Notes: generated by a model not told the origin, from the letters alone. 64,000 nt of DNA from Clostridiales bacterium (GCA_015055515.1 SVIC01000005.1:20550-84549), one strand, 5' to 3'. Shown: positions 37,505 to 48,066, numbered from the stretch's first letter. Numbers and translations: made by a program.

Positions 37505-38215
37505 TTGAGTAATTATTCATTAAATGCAGTGCCTACCCATATAGCCTTTATTATAGATGGCAATGGTAGATGGGCAAAAAGAAGGGGTTTAAGTAGATCA
37601 TTGGGGCACAAGGCAGGATTTAATAATCTGAAGAAGATTGTTAAGCTGTGCTTCGAGATAGGTATAAGATATGTATCTATATACGCATTCTCTACTGAGA
37701 ACTGGAATAGGCCAGAGAAAGAGATTGAGGGATTAAAAGAGATATTTTTGCAATATTTCAATGCCGATAAGTTTATAGAAGACTATCCCGATGTAAAAGT
37801 TAATATAATGGGAGAATATTCTAAGTTCGGCGAAGATTTTAAGGCAATTGCCGATGATGTCATTGCTAGAACTAATGATAGGGATAAGTATATATTAAAT
37901 GTAGGCGTTAATTATAGTGGCAAGGATGAGATTGTATATGCAGTAAATAGAATGATTGGCGACGGAGTGACAAGAGTTGACAGATCCACCATAGACAATT
38001 ATATATACACTAGCGGACAGCCTGAGCCCGATCTTATAATTAGAACAAGTGGCGAACAAAGGTTAAGCAATTTTATGTTATGGCAGTGTGCCTATTCAGA
38101 GTTGTATTTTCCTAAGACACTGTGGCCCGACTTTAAGAAAAAGGAATTATTAAAAGCATTAGATGTGTATTCTAAGCGAAATAGGCGATTTGGACAAATA
38201 AAAGAGGAAGAATAG
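37505..38215 (+). CDS. uppS: undecaprenyl diphosphate synthase
   Basis: HIAFIIDGNGRWA and RTSGEQRLSNFMLWQ motifs. TTG start with an AAGGGG RBS. Confidence 0.93.
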   Translation: MSNYSLNAVPTHIAFIIDGNGRWAKRRGLSRSLGHKAGFNNLKKIVKLCFEIGIRYVSIYAFSTENWNRPEKEIEGLKEIFLQYFNADKFIEDYPDVKVNIMGEYSKFGEDFKAIADDVIARTNDRDKYILNVGVNYSGKDEIVYAVNRMIGDGVTRVDRSTIDNYIYTSGQPEPDLIIRTSGEQRLSNFMLWQCAYSELYFPKTLWPDFKKKELLKALDVYSKRNRRFGQIKEEE

Positions 38216-38219
38216 ACAA

Positions 38220-39164
38220 ATGAAAAAGAGAGTAATATCTGCAACATTCGTGTTCGTAGTAATGGCTATTATGATAGCATCAAGACTACTTACACCATAC
38301 GTATTTGATGTATGTGTGCTAATTGCAGGAACTATAGGAATATTAGAGATAGTAAAAGCTTTGGCGAACAAAGGCAAAGTCGTAAATGAGAATATGGCAA
38401 GCACATATATGTTTGTATTATATGTGGGCATTATATATGCAATACTAAGCAAGGGTACATTGCTACAATTATTATTATATTTTGCATGTGTACTAGTTGC
38501 TTATTTTATATTAAATATTTTGTTGTCTCTTAGCTTTAAGGATGCAACAAAGACAGAGATGTTAAGATCCAATTATACGGGAACTTATAGAAGATATGTA
38601 GTTCTAAAGGCATTTAGGAGTGTAGGGCTATTAATATATCCAGCACTACTATTTGCACTACTTATATTAATCAATCATATGGATGCATTCTTTGTGTCCA
38701 AGACTATTAGTAGCGTTGCTGTTCTAATTGACTTTATAATAATAGCAACTTTTGTATGTGCTACATTTACAGATACATTTGCTATGCTGATAGGATCAAA
38801 GGTAAGAGGTCCAAAGTTGTGTCCAACTATTAGTCCTAACAAGACTATATCAGGTGCAATTGGCGGACTAGTTATGGGTATAATAGGAGTATTGGGTGTG
38901 TACATGTTATATAGTCTAAATGCGGGCTTTGTAGAAGTGATAGAGTTATTAGGTGTTACATGGGTACCTATTGTAGTATTTGGCATATTTGCTCCTATCT
39001 TAACTCAGGTGGGTGATATCGTGGCTAGTATGATAAAAAGAAAGTGTGGTATCAAAGATTTCAGCAATCTTATTCCTGGCCATGGCGGAATAATGGACAG
39101 AGTGGATGGACTAATTTTTGCGAATTTATGTGCATTCATAGTGACATTAATTTGTTTGTTTTAA
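38220..39164 (+). CDS. cdsA: phosphatidate cytidylyltransferase
   Basis: SPNKTISGAIGG and IKRKCGIKDFSNLIPGHGGIMDRVDG signature. Polytopic. Confidence 0.92.
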   Translation: MKKRVISATFVFVVMAIMIASRLLTPYVFDVCVLIAGTIGILEIVKALANKGKVVNENMASTYMFVLYVGIIYAILSKGTLLQLLLYFACVLVAYFILNILLSLSFKDATKTEMLRSNYTGTYRRYVVLKAFRSVGLLIYPALLFALLILINHMDAFFVSKTISSVAVLIDFIIIATFVCATFTDTFAMLIGSKVRGPKLCPTISPNKTISGAIGGLVMGIIGVLGVYMLYSLNAGFVEVIELLGVTWVPIVVFGIFAPILTQVGDIVASMIKRKCGIKDFSNLIPGHGGIMDRVDGLIFANLCAFIVTLICLF

Positions 39165-39249
39165 TCATTAATTAAGATATATTGCAATATATATAAGTGT
39201 CGGCTTTTATATATTGCATTTTTGAATATAGATATATTTAGGAGAATAT

Positions 39250-40344
39250 ATGATATATAATTTGTCTAGTTTTGTAAATGTATTGTCTACAATAGGTGGT
39301 ATATTGTTGGCGATAATACTATTTGCTGTATTGATATTTATACACGAATTGGGTCACTATACTGCCGGAAAAATATTCAAGTTCAAGATTAATGAGTTTT
39401 CGCTTGGATTTGGCAAGGCATTGTATACTAAGAAAAAAGCAAATGGAGAGGTTTTCTCTATTAGGCTTGTTCCATTAGGAGGATACTGTGCTTTTGAAGG
39501 AGAAGAAGGCGGTAGCGATGTCGAGGGTGCATTCAATAAGCAAGCGTGGTGGAAGAGATTAATAGTCTTATTCTCTGGTGTCTTGTTTAATTTCATATCG
39601 GCTATTATTGTATCAATACCACTATTAATGATTATGGGTGAGGCTACACCTATTATCACGTCATTTGCTGATAATACACCTAACCATATAGAGTATAATA
39701 TGGAGACACTGCAAGAAGGCGACATAATAATGGCTATAGATGGTGTTAGGCCTAGTTATACCAACGGTGGCATGTCATTGCTTCCAAGACGTCAAGGCGA
39801 CACTCCATATACCATTACAGTAGACAGAGATGGTGTGTTGGTTGATATAAATGTTACTAATATTGTTGTGGGAACTGATGAAGATGGTAACGATATATAT
39901 GGTATTGGAATTAATGGGTATGAGAATAAGAAATTAGGATTTTTCCATAGTGTCGCTCGTAGTGTACCATTTTGCTTCGAGATGTCAGTGGATTGTATAA
40001 GAATACTGGGCGAATTATTTACAGGGCAGACGCGTGTATCTGACCTGGGTGGTCCAATAGCCACAATAGGTGCAATATCCACATCGGTATCATCTCCTAA
40101 TGGGATAGGATTGCAGGCGTTACTATTATTATTTCCAGTGATTGCTGTTAATCTAGCGGTATTTAACTTTTTGCCATTACCAGCACTAGATGGAGGAAGG
40201 GCGGTATTTGTTATCATTGAGGGAATTAGGCGAAAACCGATTAATCCTAAGATAGAGAATGCGATACATTCTGTAGGAATAATGGTGCTGTTTGCATTTG
40301 TTATTTTTGTAGACTTTTTACAGATATTTAAGATAAGGTTATGA
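39250..40344 (+). CDS. rseP: RIP site-2 metalloprotease RseP/RasP (M50)
   Basis: HELGHY zinc motif, central PDZ-like region and a NFLPLPALDGG motif. Confidence 0.92.
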   Translation: MIYNLSSFVNVLSTIGGILLAIILFAVLIFIHELGHYTAGKIFKFKINEFSLGFGKALYTKKKANGEVFSIRLVPLGGYCAFEGEEGGSDVEGAFNKQAWWKRLIVLFSGVLFNFISAIIVSIPLLMIMGEATPIITSFADNTPNHIEYNMETLQEGDIIMAIDGVRPSYTNGGMSLLPRRQGDTPYTITVDRDGVLVDINVTNIVVGTDEDGNDIYGIGINGYENKKLGFFHSVARSVPFCFEMSVDCIRILGELFTGQTRVSDLGGPIATIGAISTSVSSPNGIGLQALLLLFPVIAVNLAVFNFLPLPALDGGRAVFVIIEGIRRKPINPKIENAIHSVGIMVLFAFVIFVDFLQIFKIRL

Positions 40345-41930
40345 GAAAGTTTTTAGATTATTTACGTAATACTAATGATAAATATAATGATATTTTAATT
40401 ACAAATATAGAGTACTGTGTGGATGATAATGTTTTAGAATTCAAGGTGCAATACGTTTGTGATAATTTTTCCGATGCTGATAAGTTGGCTCTTGAAAAAG
40501 ACATCCGATCTTATATAGATGCAGACACTACTATTGATATAAAATGTAGAAAGTATTTTATAGACAAAGACATAATAAAGGATTATGTTGTAAGATATAT
40601 CCAAGATAAATATCCAAGTGTGAGCAATGATGAGTTGGAGAAGAATGTTGCTATAAACCTAACTGAAGATAATGTATATCAAATCTCATTAGTCTTAGGG
40701 GTAGAGAGTTTGGCTCATTTAACAAAGAATGATTTTGAAAATGAAATAGTTGACTATTTGCAAATGGTGACTATGGAGGAGTATGAGATAATCCTGATTG
40801 CAGATACATCTGAGAGTGCTGATGCGCAATCCATACTAGATGAGAGGTATTCTCTTCTTAATAACTCAGATATGCTTAAGAGAATAGATTATGAGCCTAT
40901 AGAGGTCTCTGGACTGGAGAAGATAATAGGGGATATAGATATAGATTATGTGTATCCTATTGCAACGCTATCTGAGGGTAAAGTTGCGTGCGTGGGCGAA
41001 GTTGCATTCTACAAAGTGTCGGAATATGAGAGTAGATTCAAAAACAAAGATGGTAGTGCGAAGATTGGCAAGAGAGTAACTTTTGTATTAAGAGATGGTA
41101 GTGATAAGATATCTTGTACATATTTTCCTACTTTTGCAGATTCAGAAAAGGTAGATGCTATAAATAATGGTGATAAGATTGCGGTCGTTGGAGAATTATC
41201 TGATGATGAGAATAGAGGGCGGAACTTAAGAGTAAGATCTATAGCGAAATGTGATTTTATCGCATTCAAGGAGCCAGAGAAGGTCATAGAATTGAAAACG
41301 GTTAATGCTGAATATAAGCATATATTTCCTAAAAGTTATGAACACAAGACTCAGTCCGACTTTCTAAAAGAAGCAGAGAATATTGATACATATCTTATGG
41401 ATAATACCGTTGTAGTATTTGATCTAGAGACAACGGGATTAAATGTAAATGAATGTGAGATAATAGAGATTGGCGCAGTTAAGATGGTTGCAGGTCAGAT
41501 TGTAGAGACTTTTGATACATTGATAAAGCCAAAAGAGCCAATACCTGAAGATGCAACGAAGGTAAATAATATTACCAATGAGATGGTGGCAAATTGCATG
41601 AGTATTGATCAAGTATTCCCTGATTTTTATAAATTCATAGATGGTGCTGTAATTGTGGCGTATAATATAGAGTATGATTACAATGTATTAAAGGCATATG
41701 GCGATAGAAATGGTTATGTTATTTCCAATAGGCAGGTGGATGCGTTGAAGCTAGCAAAGCGTGCATTGCCACAATATAAGAGCCATAAATTAGGCAAGGT
41801 GGTAAAGGTCTTAGGTATACAATTAGACAATGCTCATAGGGCGCTATTTGACACTATAGCCACTGCAGAGGTACTGAAATCTTGTCTTAATATGTTGTCA
41901 GATGAAGATAAAAAACAGTTGTTGTCATAA
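40341..41930 (+). CDS. PolC-like N-terminal/OB-fold/3'-5' exonuclease protein lacking PHP and polymerase domains
   Basis: Exo I VVVFDLETTGL, Exo II VAYNIEYDYNVL and Exo III HRALFDTIATAEVL (epsilon/PolC type). Preceded by an OB-like block (VACVGEVAFYKV...KIAVVGELSDDENRGRNLRV). ATGA-coupled to rseP and directly upstream of rimP, where polC sits in Bacillus. Confidence 0.75.
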   Translation: MRKFLDYLRNTNDKYNDILITNIEYCVDDNVLEFKVQYVCDNFSDADKLALEKDIRSYIDADTTIDIKCRKYFIDKDIIKDYVVRYIQDKYPSVSNDELEKNVAINLTEDNVYQISLVLGVESLAHLTKNDFENEIVDYLQMVTMEEYEIILIADTSESADAQSILDERYSLLNNSDMLKRIDYEPIEVSGLEKIIGDIDIDYVYPIATLSEGKVACVGEVAFYKVSEYESRFKNKDGSAKIGKRVTFVLRDGSDKISCTYFPTFADSEKVDAINNGDKIAVVGELSDDENRGRNLRVRSIAKCDFIAFKEPEKVIELKTVNAEYKHIFPKSYEHKTQSDFLKEAENIDTYLMDNTVVVFDLETTGLNVNECEIIEIGAVKMVAGQIVETFDTLIKPKEPIPEDATKVNNITNEMVANCMSIDQVFPDFYKFIDGAVIVAYNIEYDYNVLKAYGDRNGYVISNRQVDALKLAKRALPQYKSHKLGKVVKVLGIQLDNAHRALFDTIATAEVLKSCLNMLSDEDKKQLLS

Positions 41931-41983
41931 TCATTAGTTGTGACAAAACTATGTAAAATATGGACAAATTGGGTTAAAAACTA

Positions 41984-42012
41984 TTGCATAATCCTATAAT
42001 ATGTGATAGAAT
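41984..42012 (+). promoter_or_regulatory. putative sigma-A promoter of the rimP-nusA-infB operon
   Basis: TTGCAT, 17-nt spacer, TAGAAT. Confidence 0.55.
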
Positions 42013-42035
42013 AACATAGAGTTTAATAGTTAGGC

Positions 42036-42071
42036 TTAAAGTGGGTTTCAGGTAAACTCACTTTAATTTTT
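42036..42071 (+). promoter_or_regulatory. leader terminator/attenuator hairpin between the promoter and rimP
   Basis: 13-bp stem TTAAAGTGGGTTT/AAACTCACTTTAA with one G-U pair and a 5-nt loop, followed by TTTTT, 16 nt before the rimP ATG. Confidence 0.55.
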
Positions 42072-42087
42072 GAAAAAAGGATAGAGT

Positions 42088-42549
42088 ATGAAAGAAAGTG
42101 TTGTAGATAGGGCATATGAAGTTATAGAGCCAATATGTGTAGAATTAGGCTATCACTTGGTCGAGGTTACATACAAGAAAGAAGTGGGTGGCATGACACT
42201 ATGGGTATGTATAGACAAGGATGGTGGCATAGATATTAATGATTGCGAGAGATTGTCAAGGGCGTTGGATGAACCACTGGATGATAAAGATATCACGAAC
42301 GGGTCTGCTTATAATCTGAATATTACATCATATGGACTAGATAGAGCATTCAAGACCGATTATGATTTCAATAAACACTTGATGCAAGAGATCGTAATAA
42401 AGTTCTACAAGCCATGGATGGGCAAAAAAGAAATAAGAGCCATCTTATTGAAGTATAATAAAGATGCTATAACCATTAAGTACAATGATACAGATTACGA
42501 TTTGCAGATCAAGGATACTGCACTAATACAAAAATATATAGAGTTTTAA
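42088..42549 (+). CDS. rimP: ribosome maturation factor RimP
   Basis: Size, position upstream of nusA, and an N-terminal EPI...LG..LV.V pattern. Confidence 0.88.
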   Translation: MKESVVDRAYEVIEPICVELGYHLVEVTYKKEVGGMTLWVCIDKDGGIDINDCERLSRALDEPLDDKDITNGSAYNLNITSYGLDRAFKTDYDFNKHLMQEIVIKFYKPWMGKKEIRAILLKYNKDAITIKYNDTDYDLQIKDTALIQKYIEF

Positions 42550-42566
42550 TTTAAGGAGAAAATAAC

Positions 42567-43700
42567 ATGATTAATAAGGATTTCTTTCTAGCATTAGAGG
42601 AATTAGAAGCACAAAAAGGAATAAATAAAGAATATTTTATAGATGCACTAGAGTCTGCATTGACTAGCGCTTATAAGAAGAATTTTGGAGAGGGCAGAAA
42701 TGCACTAGTAAAATTGAATCCTGATAACAATAGTATTAAGGTGTATTCATATAAATTAGTTGTAGAGGAAGTGACAGATCCAGATAAGGAGATAAGCCTA
42801 GCAGACGCTAAGTTAATTAAGAAATCTGCAAAGATTGGTGATGAGATAGATAGAACAGAGGTTACTCCTAAGAACTTTGGTAGAATTGCTGCTCAGACTG
42901 CGAAGCAAGTAGTAATGCAGAGGTTGCGTGAGGCAGAGCGTGTTAAGATCATGGGCGAGATAAATACAAAGCAAGATGAATTAATCACCGTAGTTGTAAG
43001 AAGAATAGAGGGCGACAATGTGTATTGCGATCTTGGTATTACAGAGTGTGAAGGTGTCTTGGGACCAAAGGATCGTATACCTAACGAGAAGTTCGTACTA
43101 AATTCTAGAATAAAAGTATATGTTAAGACTATTAGAGAGTCATTCAATATGCCTTATGTGCAGTTGTCTAGGACAAATGTGGGTTTTGTAAAGAAGTTGT
43201 TCGAGCTAGAAGTTCCAGAGATAGCCAATGGCGAAGTTGTTATTCATAATATGGTTAGAGAGGCTGGTTATAGAACTAAGCTTGCAGTATCTTCTCCTAA
43301 TCCAACATTAGATGCAGTAGGTGCATGTGTAGGTAACAAGGGTATGAGAGTGGCATCTATCATATCAGAGTTAAAGGGAGAGAAAGTGGATATTGTTCCA
43401 TATTCAGAGAATCCAGCAGAATTTATAGCAGGAGCATTATCTCCAGCAACTATACTTCATATTGAATTGAATTATAATGACAAGACATCTTTAGTAATAG
43501 TTCCAGATGATAAGTTGTCTTTGGCAATTGGTAAGAGTGGTCAGAATGTAAGACTTGCAGCAAGACTTACTGGTTGGAAGATAGATGTTAAGGCAAAGTC
43601 TGCAGTTCCATCATTGAACTTCGATGATGTAGAAGGTGCAGATGAATCAGATGTTAAGGATTTGTTCGAAGATAATAGTGCTTTTGAGGACTTGGAATAG
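42567..43700 (+). CDS. nusA: transcription termination/antitermination factor NusA
   Basis: S1 and KH domain motifs (GRIAAQTAKQVV; VGACVGNKGMRV; IGKSGQNVRLA). Confidence 0.95.
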   Translation: MINKDFFLALEELEAQKGINKEYFIDALESALTSAYKKNFGEGRNALVKLNPDNNSIKVYSYKLVVEEVTDPDKEISLADAKLIKKSAKIGDEIDRTEVTPKNFGRIAAQTAKQVVMQRLREAERVKIMGEINTKQDELITVVVRRIEGDNVYCDLGITECEGVLGPKDRIPNEKFVLNSRIKVYVKTIRESFNMPYVQLSRTNVGFVKKLFELEVPEIANGEVVIHNMVREAGYRTKLAVSSPNPTLDAVGACVGNKGMRVASIISELKGEKVDIVPYSENPAEFIAGALSPATILHIELNYNDKTSLVIVPDDKLSLAIGKSGQNVRLAARLTGWKIDVKAKSAVPSLNFDDVEGADESDVKDLFEDNSAFEDLE

Positions 43701-43714
43701 GCGAGGAATAGGCA

Positions 43715-43975
43715 TTGATAAGAGAAGTAACAAGAATGTGTGTTGCTTGCAGAGAGAGAAAAAGCAAGCAAGAATTGGTTAGAATAGTATTCAATAGTGA
43801 TTATACTAATGCCATGATTGATGCGCCAAAGGCTGATGGTAGAGGCGTGTATGTATGTAGAAATAGCGAGTGTATATCAAAGTGTATTAAGACAAAGGCG
43901 TTAAATAAAGCATTGAAGAGAAATCTCCCAGATAATATTTATGCGGAGTTAAGTAGGGTAGAAATAAATGGTTAA
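43715..43975 (+). CDS. ylxR: YlxR/RnpM family (DUF448) RNA-binding protein
   Basis: RMCVACRERKSKQELVRIV and GRGVYVC motifs. TTG start 6 nt after GAGGAA; the alternative ATG at 43736 is possible. Confidence 0.85.
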   Translation: MIREVTRMCVACRERKSKQELVRIVFNSDYTNAMIDAPKADGRGVYVCRNSECISKCIKTKALNKALKRNLPDNIYAELSRVEING

Positions 43976-44273
43976 AAAATTAAATGCGTATCTGGGCTTT
44001 GCTCAGAGGAGCGGTAATCTGGTGTATGGCGTAGATAATATTGAGGCAAAGGAGAAAAAGGTAATAATAGCAATTTGTGATGACTCCTTATCCAATAATA
44101 GTTATAACAAATTATCCAATATTGCTAGAAGGTCGAATATTACTATTTACCATTCAGATATTAGTATTGCAGAGTTGCTGGGCAAGACAAATTGTAAGGC
44201 GATAGGAATTATGTCAAAGGATTTAGCAAAAGCAATAATAGAACTAAATTTATTAAAAGAGGTACAGATTTGA
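43968..44273 (+). CDS. ylxQ: L7Ae-family RNA-binding protein YlxQ
   Basis: LGFAQRSGNLVYG...AICDDSLSNNS pattern. Conserved position between ylxR and infB. Confidence 0.85.
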   Translation: MVKKLNAYLGFAQRSGNLVYGVDNIEAKEKKVIIAICDDSLSNNSYNKLSNIARRSNITIYHSDISIAELLGKTNCKAIGIMSKDLAKAIIELNLLKEVQI

Positions 44274-46738
44274 ATAATCAGAAATTACAGCAGAATAGTG
44301 CACAACAAAGTCAGTTTGAGAACTTAAAGACTCTACAAGGATATCTTGCCAAAGGAGGAGATATTCAGAATTTTGCTATCTCTATTGCAAAGTCTAAAAA
44401 AGCATTGGAAACATTTTGCAAGGCGTTAAAAGATAAAGATATTGCATTGTCTAAAATGGAGCAGGTAGCAAAGAAGGAAGTTAAGCCCGAGCCTAGTGTT
44501 GTAGAGCCTACAGCAAAAGCGGTTGAGAATAAGCCGGTTAGAGAAGATGTTGGAAGACAAGATTCTCTTAAGCCTAATTATAATAAGGATAGGCAGGCTA
44601 CTGGATACCAAGGAAAGAATACTCAGCAAGACGGCAAGTTTGCAAGAAAGCCATTCGATGGCCCTAGACAAAACGATGATAAGAAACAATTCAATAGAAA
44701 TGATAAGCCAACATTCAATGGTCAGAAGCCAAGAACATCTGGGTTGCTACCTAAATCTGATGTGTCAGATACTATTATTGTTGCTAAGCCAGAGAGAAAC
44801 TTCGGTAACAAAAATAAGACAAAGCAGATAGATACTGATAGAAAAGAGTTGTCCAAGAAGGCAAAGATTAAGATGGGCTATGTAGACATAGATGACCATT
44901 ATGATATGGATGATGATACAAGGGTTATTGGTAGATTGAAGCAAAAGAAGGCAAAGAAGGAAGCCCCTAAGCCAGAGAAGATAGTTATAGAGAAGGCTAC
45001 AATAACTACAGAGAATTTGACTGTAAAGCTACTTAGCGAGAAGTTAGGTAAACCTGCTAGTGAATTAATTAAGAAGTTCATGATGCTAGGAATGATGCCA
45101 AATATTAACTCAGTTGTAGATTTTGAGACAGCAGAATTGGTTGCAAATGAATTCGGTATTGAATTAGAGAAGAAGCTGGAAAAAAACTACGAAGAGAAGT
45201 TAGAGGAAATGTTCAAAAGCCAAGGCTCTACTGCAGCTAATAGGCCTCCTATTGTAACAGTAATGGGTCACGTTGACCATGGTAAAACAATGCTACTAGA
45301 TACTATTAAGCAGACTAATGTGGTGTCTAGCGAGGCGGGTGGTATAACTCAGCATATAGGTGCGTACTCAATTGAGGTAAAGGGTAGCAAGATAACATTT
45401 ATAGATACCCCTGGACACGAGGCGTTCACATCAATGCGTGCTAGAGGAGCACAGATTACTGACGTAGCTATTCTTGTAGTTGCTGCAGATGATGGTATCA
45501 TGCCACAGACAGTAGAGGCGATTAATCATATCAAGGCTGCAAAAGTTCCAATGATAGTAGCCATTAATAAAGTAGACAAGCCAGAAGCAAATATTGATAG
45601 GGTAAAGCAACAGTTAACAGAGTATGATATCCTTCCAGAAGAATGGGGAGGAGATACAATTTGTGTACCTATTTCTGCTAAATTTAATCAAAATATAGAT
45701 AAATTATTAGAGATGGTATTGTTGGTATCTGAGATGGCTGATTTAAGAGCGGACGAGAGCGTGTCTGCTAGTGGTCATATTCTTGAGAGTAAGATTGATA
45801 GAGGTCGTGGAATTGTAGCAACTATTATAGTTAAGAATGGAACTTTGCACATAGGAGACTTCGTTGTGTCTGGTGTGGCAAGTGGTAGGATCAGGGCTAT
45901 GATGGACTACACTGGTAGAAACGTAGTTAAGGCAACTCCTAGCATGGCGGTATCTGTACTTGGCTTCAATGTTGTGCCAGAGGCTGGTGATATGGTTCAT
46001 GCCGTAGATGAGAAAATGGCAAAGAATATTATCGAAGAGCGTAGTGCTAAGTTGCAGATTGCAAAGACAAAGCAAACTACTGGTATTACTCTAGAAGATT
46101 TCTTGCAACAGAGCGCCGACAACGAAATTAAGACACTTAATATTATTGTTAAAGCGGATGTTAAGGGTACAGCCGAGGCGTTGAAGCAGACATTAGAGAA
46201 GATAGAGAACGAGGAAGTTAAGGTAAAGGTAATACACAATGCAGTAGGTGGTATTAACGAAAGTGATGTCTTGTTGGCTCAGGCTAGTAGTGCTATCATA
46301 ATTGGTTTCAATGTTAGACCAGAGGCTAAGGCAAAACAAATGGCCGATAAGGAAGGCATAGACATCAAGTTGTATAGAGTAATATATGATGCAGTGGATG
46401 ATGTTACTGCAGCGATCAAGGGTATGCTTACTGTTAGATACGAAGAGAAGATTATAGGTCATGTTGAAGTTAGACAGACATTCAAGATTTCTAGTGTGGG
46501 TACTATTGCTGGTAGTTATGTTCAAGATGGTGTAGTTAATAACAAGTCAAAAGTTAGATTATTACGTAGCAATATTGTTATAGCCGAGACTGATATTGAT
46601 ACTTTGCAACAGGGTAAGAACGAGGCTAAGTCTGTAAGGGCTGGATACGAGTGTGGTATAAAATTACGTAATTATAATGATATAAAAGTAGGCGACATTA
46701 TCGAAGTGTATGAAATGCAAGAAGTGGAAAGAAAATAA
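44270..46738 (+). CDS. infB: translation initiation factor IF-2
   Basis: [27 protein letters not shown] and NKVD GTPase motifs. TTG start overlaps the ylxQ stop. Confidence 0.95.
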   Translation: MNNQKLQQNSAQQSQFENLKTLQGYLAKGGDIQNFAISIAKSKKALETFCKALKDKDIALSKMEQVAKKEVKPEPSVVEPTAKAVENKPVREDVGRQDSLKPNYNKDRQATGYQGKNTQQDGKFARKPFDGPRQNDDKKQFNRNDKPTFNGQKPRTSGLLPKSDVSDTIIVAKPERNFGNKNKTKQIDTDRKELSKKAKIKMGYVDIDDHYDMDDDTRVIGRLKQKKAKKEAPKPEKIVIEKATITTENLTVKLLSEKLGKPASELIKKFMMLGMMPNINSVVDFETAELVANEFGIELEKKLEKNYEEKLEEMFKSQGSTAANRPPIVTVMGHVDHGKTMLLDTIKQTNVVSSEAGGITQHIGAYSIEVKGSKITFIDTPGHEAFTSMRARGAQITDVAILVVAADDGIMPQTVEAINHIKAAKVPMIVAINKVDKPEANIDRVKQQLTEYDILPEEWGGDTICVPISAKFNQNIDKLLEMVLLVSEMADLRADESVSASGHILESKIDRGRGIVATIIVKNGTLHIGDFVVSGVASGRIRAMMDYTGRNVVKATPSMAVSVLGFNVVPEAGDMVHAVDEKMAKNIIEERSAKLQIAKTKQTTGITLEDFLQQSADNEIKTLNIIVKADVKGTAEALKQTLEKIENEEVKVKVIHNAVGGINESDVLLAQASSAIIIGFNVRPEAKAKQMADKEGIDIKLYRVIYDAVDDVTAAIKGMLTVRYEEKIIGHVEVRQTFKISSVGTIAGSYVQDGVVNNKSKVRLLRSNIVIAETDIDTLQQGKNEAKSVRAGYECGIKLRNYNDIKVGDIIEVYEMQEVERK

Positions 46739-46754
46739 TATTAAAGGATAATAA

Positions 46755-47120
46755 ATGGGTAGAAGAATCTTAAAAGTTAATGCAGAGATACAAAAATACG
46801 TTGGTATGATTATCAAAGACTTAAATAATCCTGTTATTCATAACACTATCGTGTGTGTTAATGATGTAAAGACAACAGAGGATTTGGAAATAAGTAAAAT
46901 ATATATCAGTGTATTTGATAAAGATTTGCAAGACGAGGTGCTTAATCAAGTTAAGCATTCGGCTAATTATATTAGAAAAGAGTTGGCTCAGAGATTAGAC
47001 ATAAGAAAGGTGCCATATCTAGAGTTCTATATTGATTATAGTGTAGAGTATGGCTCTAAGATTGATGCTGTCTTAGACAGGATCAATGAAGAAAGAAAGG
47101 ATATTACAGATGAAGATTAG
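46755..47120 (+). CDS. rbfA: ribosome-binding factor A
   Basis: Size, position after infB, and a RKVPYLEF motif. Confidence 0.9.
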   Translation: MGRRILKVNAEIQKYVGMIIKDLNNPVIHNTIVCVNDVKTTEDLEISKIYISVFDKDLQDEVLNQVKHSANYIRKELAQRLDIRKVPYLEFYIDYSVEYGSKIDAVLDRINEERKDITDED

Positions 47121-48066
47121 TGAAAAAATATTTGAGGCTATTCATAATAGCAAGAAGATAGCAATCTTCACACACATAAGGCCCGATGCAGATGCGTTGG
47201 GCTCATCTTGTGCAATGAAGATGTATCTAGAGAAGATGGGCAAATCTGCAGATATATATGTTGATGCAGAAGAGATATCTTTGAATTATAATTTTATAAA
47301 AGGTGTAAGCAAGATCAATTATCCAGCATTAAGAGAATATGATACTGCTATATCTCTAGATTGTGCCGATTTCACAAGGCTTGGCAAATATGGCACAATG
47401 TACCAATCTATAGAGACAAGATTGAATATAGATCATCATATAACTAATGATAATTTCGGTACATATAACTGTGTTGCACCTACTAGCAGTACGGGTGAGA
47501 TAGTGTACGCAATATTCAAATCATTGCATGTATCACCTAATAGAGATATTGCTACGGCGTTGTATTCGGCAATTGCTTCCGATACAGGTTGCTTCCAACA
47601 CGGTAATACAACGGCCAATACACATAAGGTTGTAGGTCAGTTGTTAAAATATAAGGTGGATATTAATAAGGCAAATTATTTCCTATTTAAGCGTAGATCC
47701 TGGGGTCAAGTGATGTTAATGCAGACTGGACTAAAGAATCTAAAGTTATTTTTGGATGGAAGGCTATCTATAATGTTCTTGAAGGCAAATAATTTCAAGG
47801 AATGTGGAGTAGGTACTAATGAGAGCTTTGGCTTAGTTGATTATTGTGTAAATATAGAAAAGGTAGAAGTCGGTATACTAATTAGTGAGATAAAGCCAAA
47901 TCTATATGCTGTGTCTATAAGAGGTAAAGGTAATATTGATTGTAGCAAATTGGCTATAGAGTTCGGGGGCGGTGGACATCCAGATGCCGCTGGATGCAAC
48001 ATATTTGGTAGTTGCAATAGTGTCATTGGTAAGTTAGTTAAGACTGCTAAGAAGTATCTATGCTAG
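47110..48066 (+). CDS. nrnA: DHH/DHHA1 phosphoesterase NrnA-like (oligoribonuclease/pAp phosphatase)
   Basis: HIRPDADALGS, DHHITN and GGGGHPDAAG motifs. I prefer the ATG at 47110 (MKISEKIF...) over 47086. Confidence 0.85.
   Translation: MKISEKIFEAIHNSKKIAIFTHIRPDADALGSSCAMKMYLEKMGKSADIYVDAEEISLNYNFIKGVSKINYPALREYDTAISLDCADFTRLGKYGTMYQSIETRLNIDHHITNDNFGTYNCVAPTSSTGEIVYAIFKSLHVSPNRDIATALYSAIASDTGCFQHGNTTANTHKVVGQLLKYKVDINKANYFLFKRRSWGQVMLMQTGLKNLKLFLDGRLSIMFLKANNFKECGVGTNESFGLVDYCVNIEKVEVGILISEIKPNLYAVSIRGKGNIDCSKLAIEFGGGGHPDAAGCNIFGSCNSVIGKLVKTAKKYLC

Noticed and set aside
44523-44831. 102-aa plus-strand ORF in an alternative frame of infB. The same applies to 36396-36644 and 51745-51957.
   Set aside because: They are embedded in, or run off the end of, well-supported genes in another frame, with no independent start signals.
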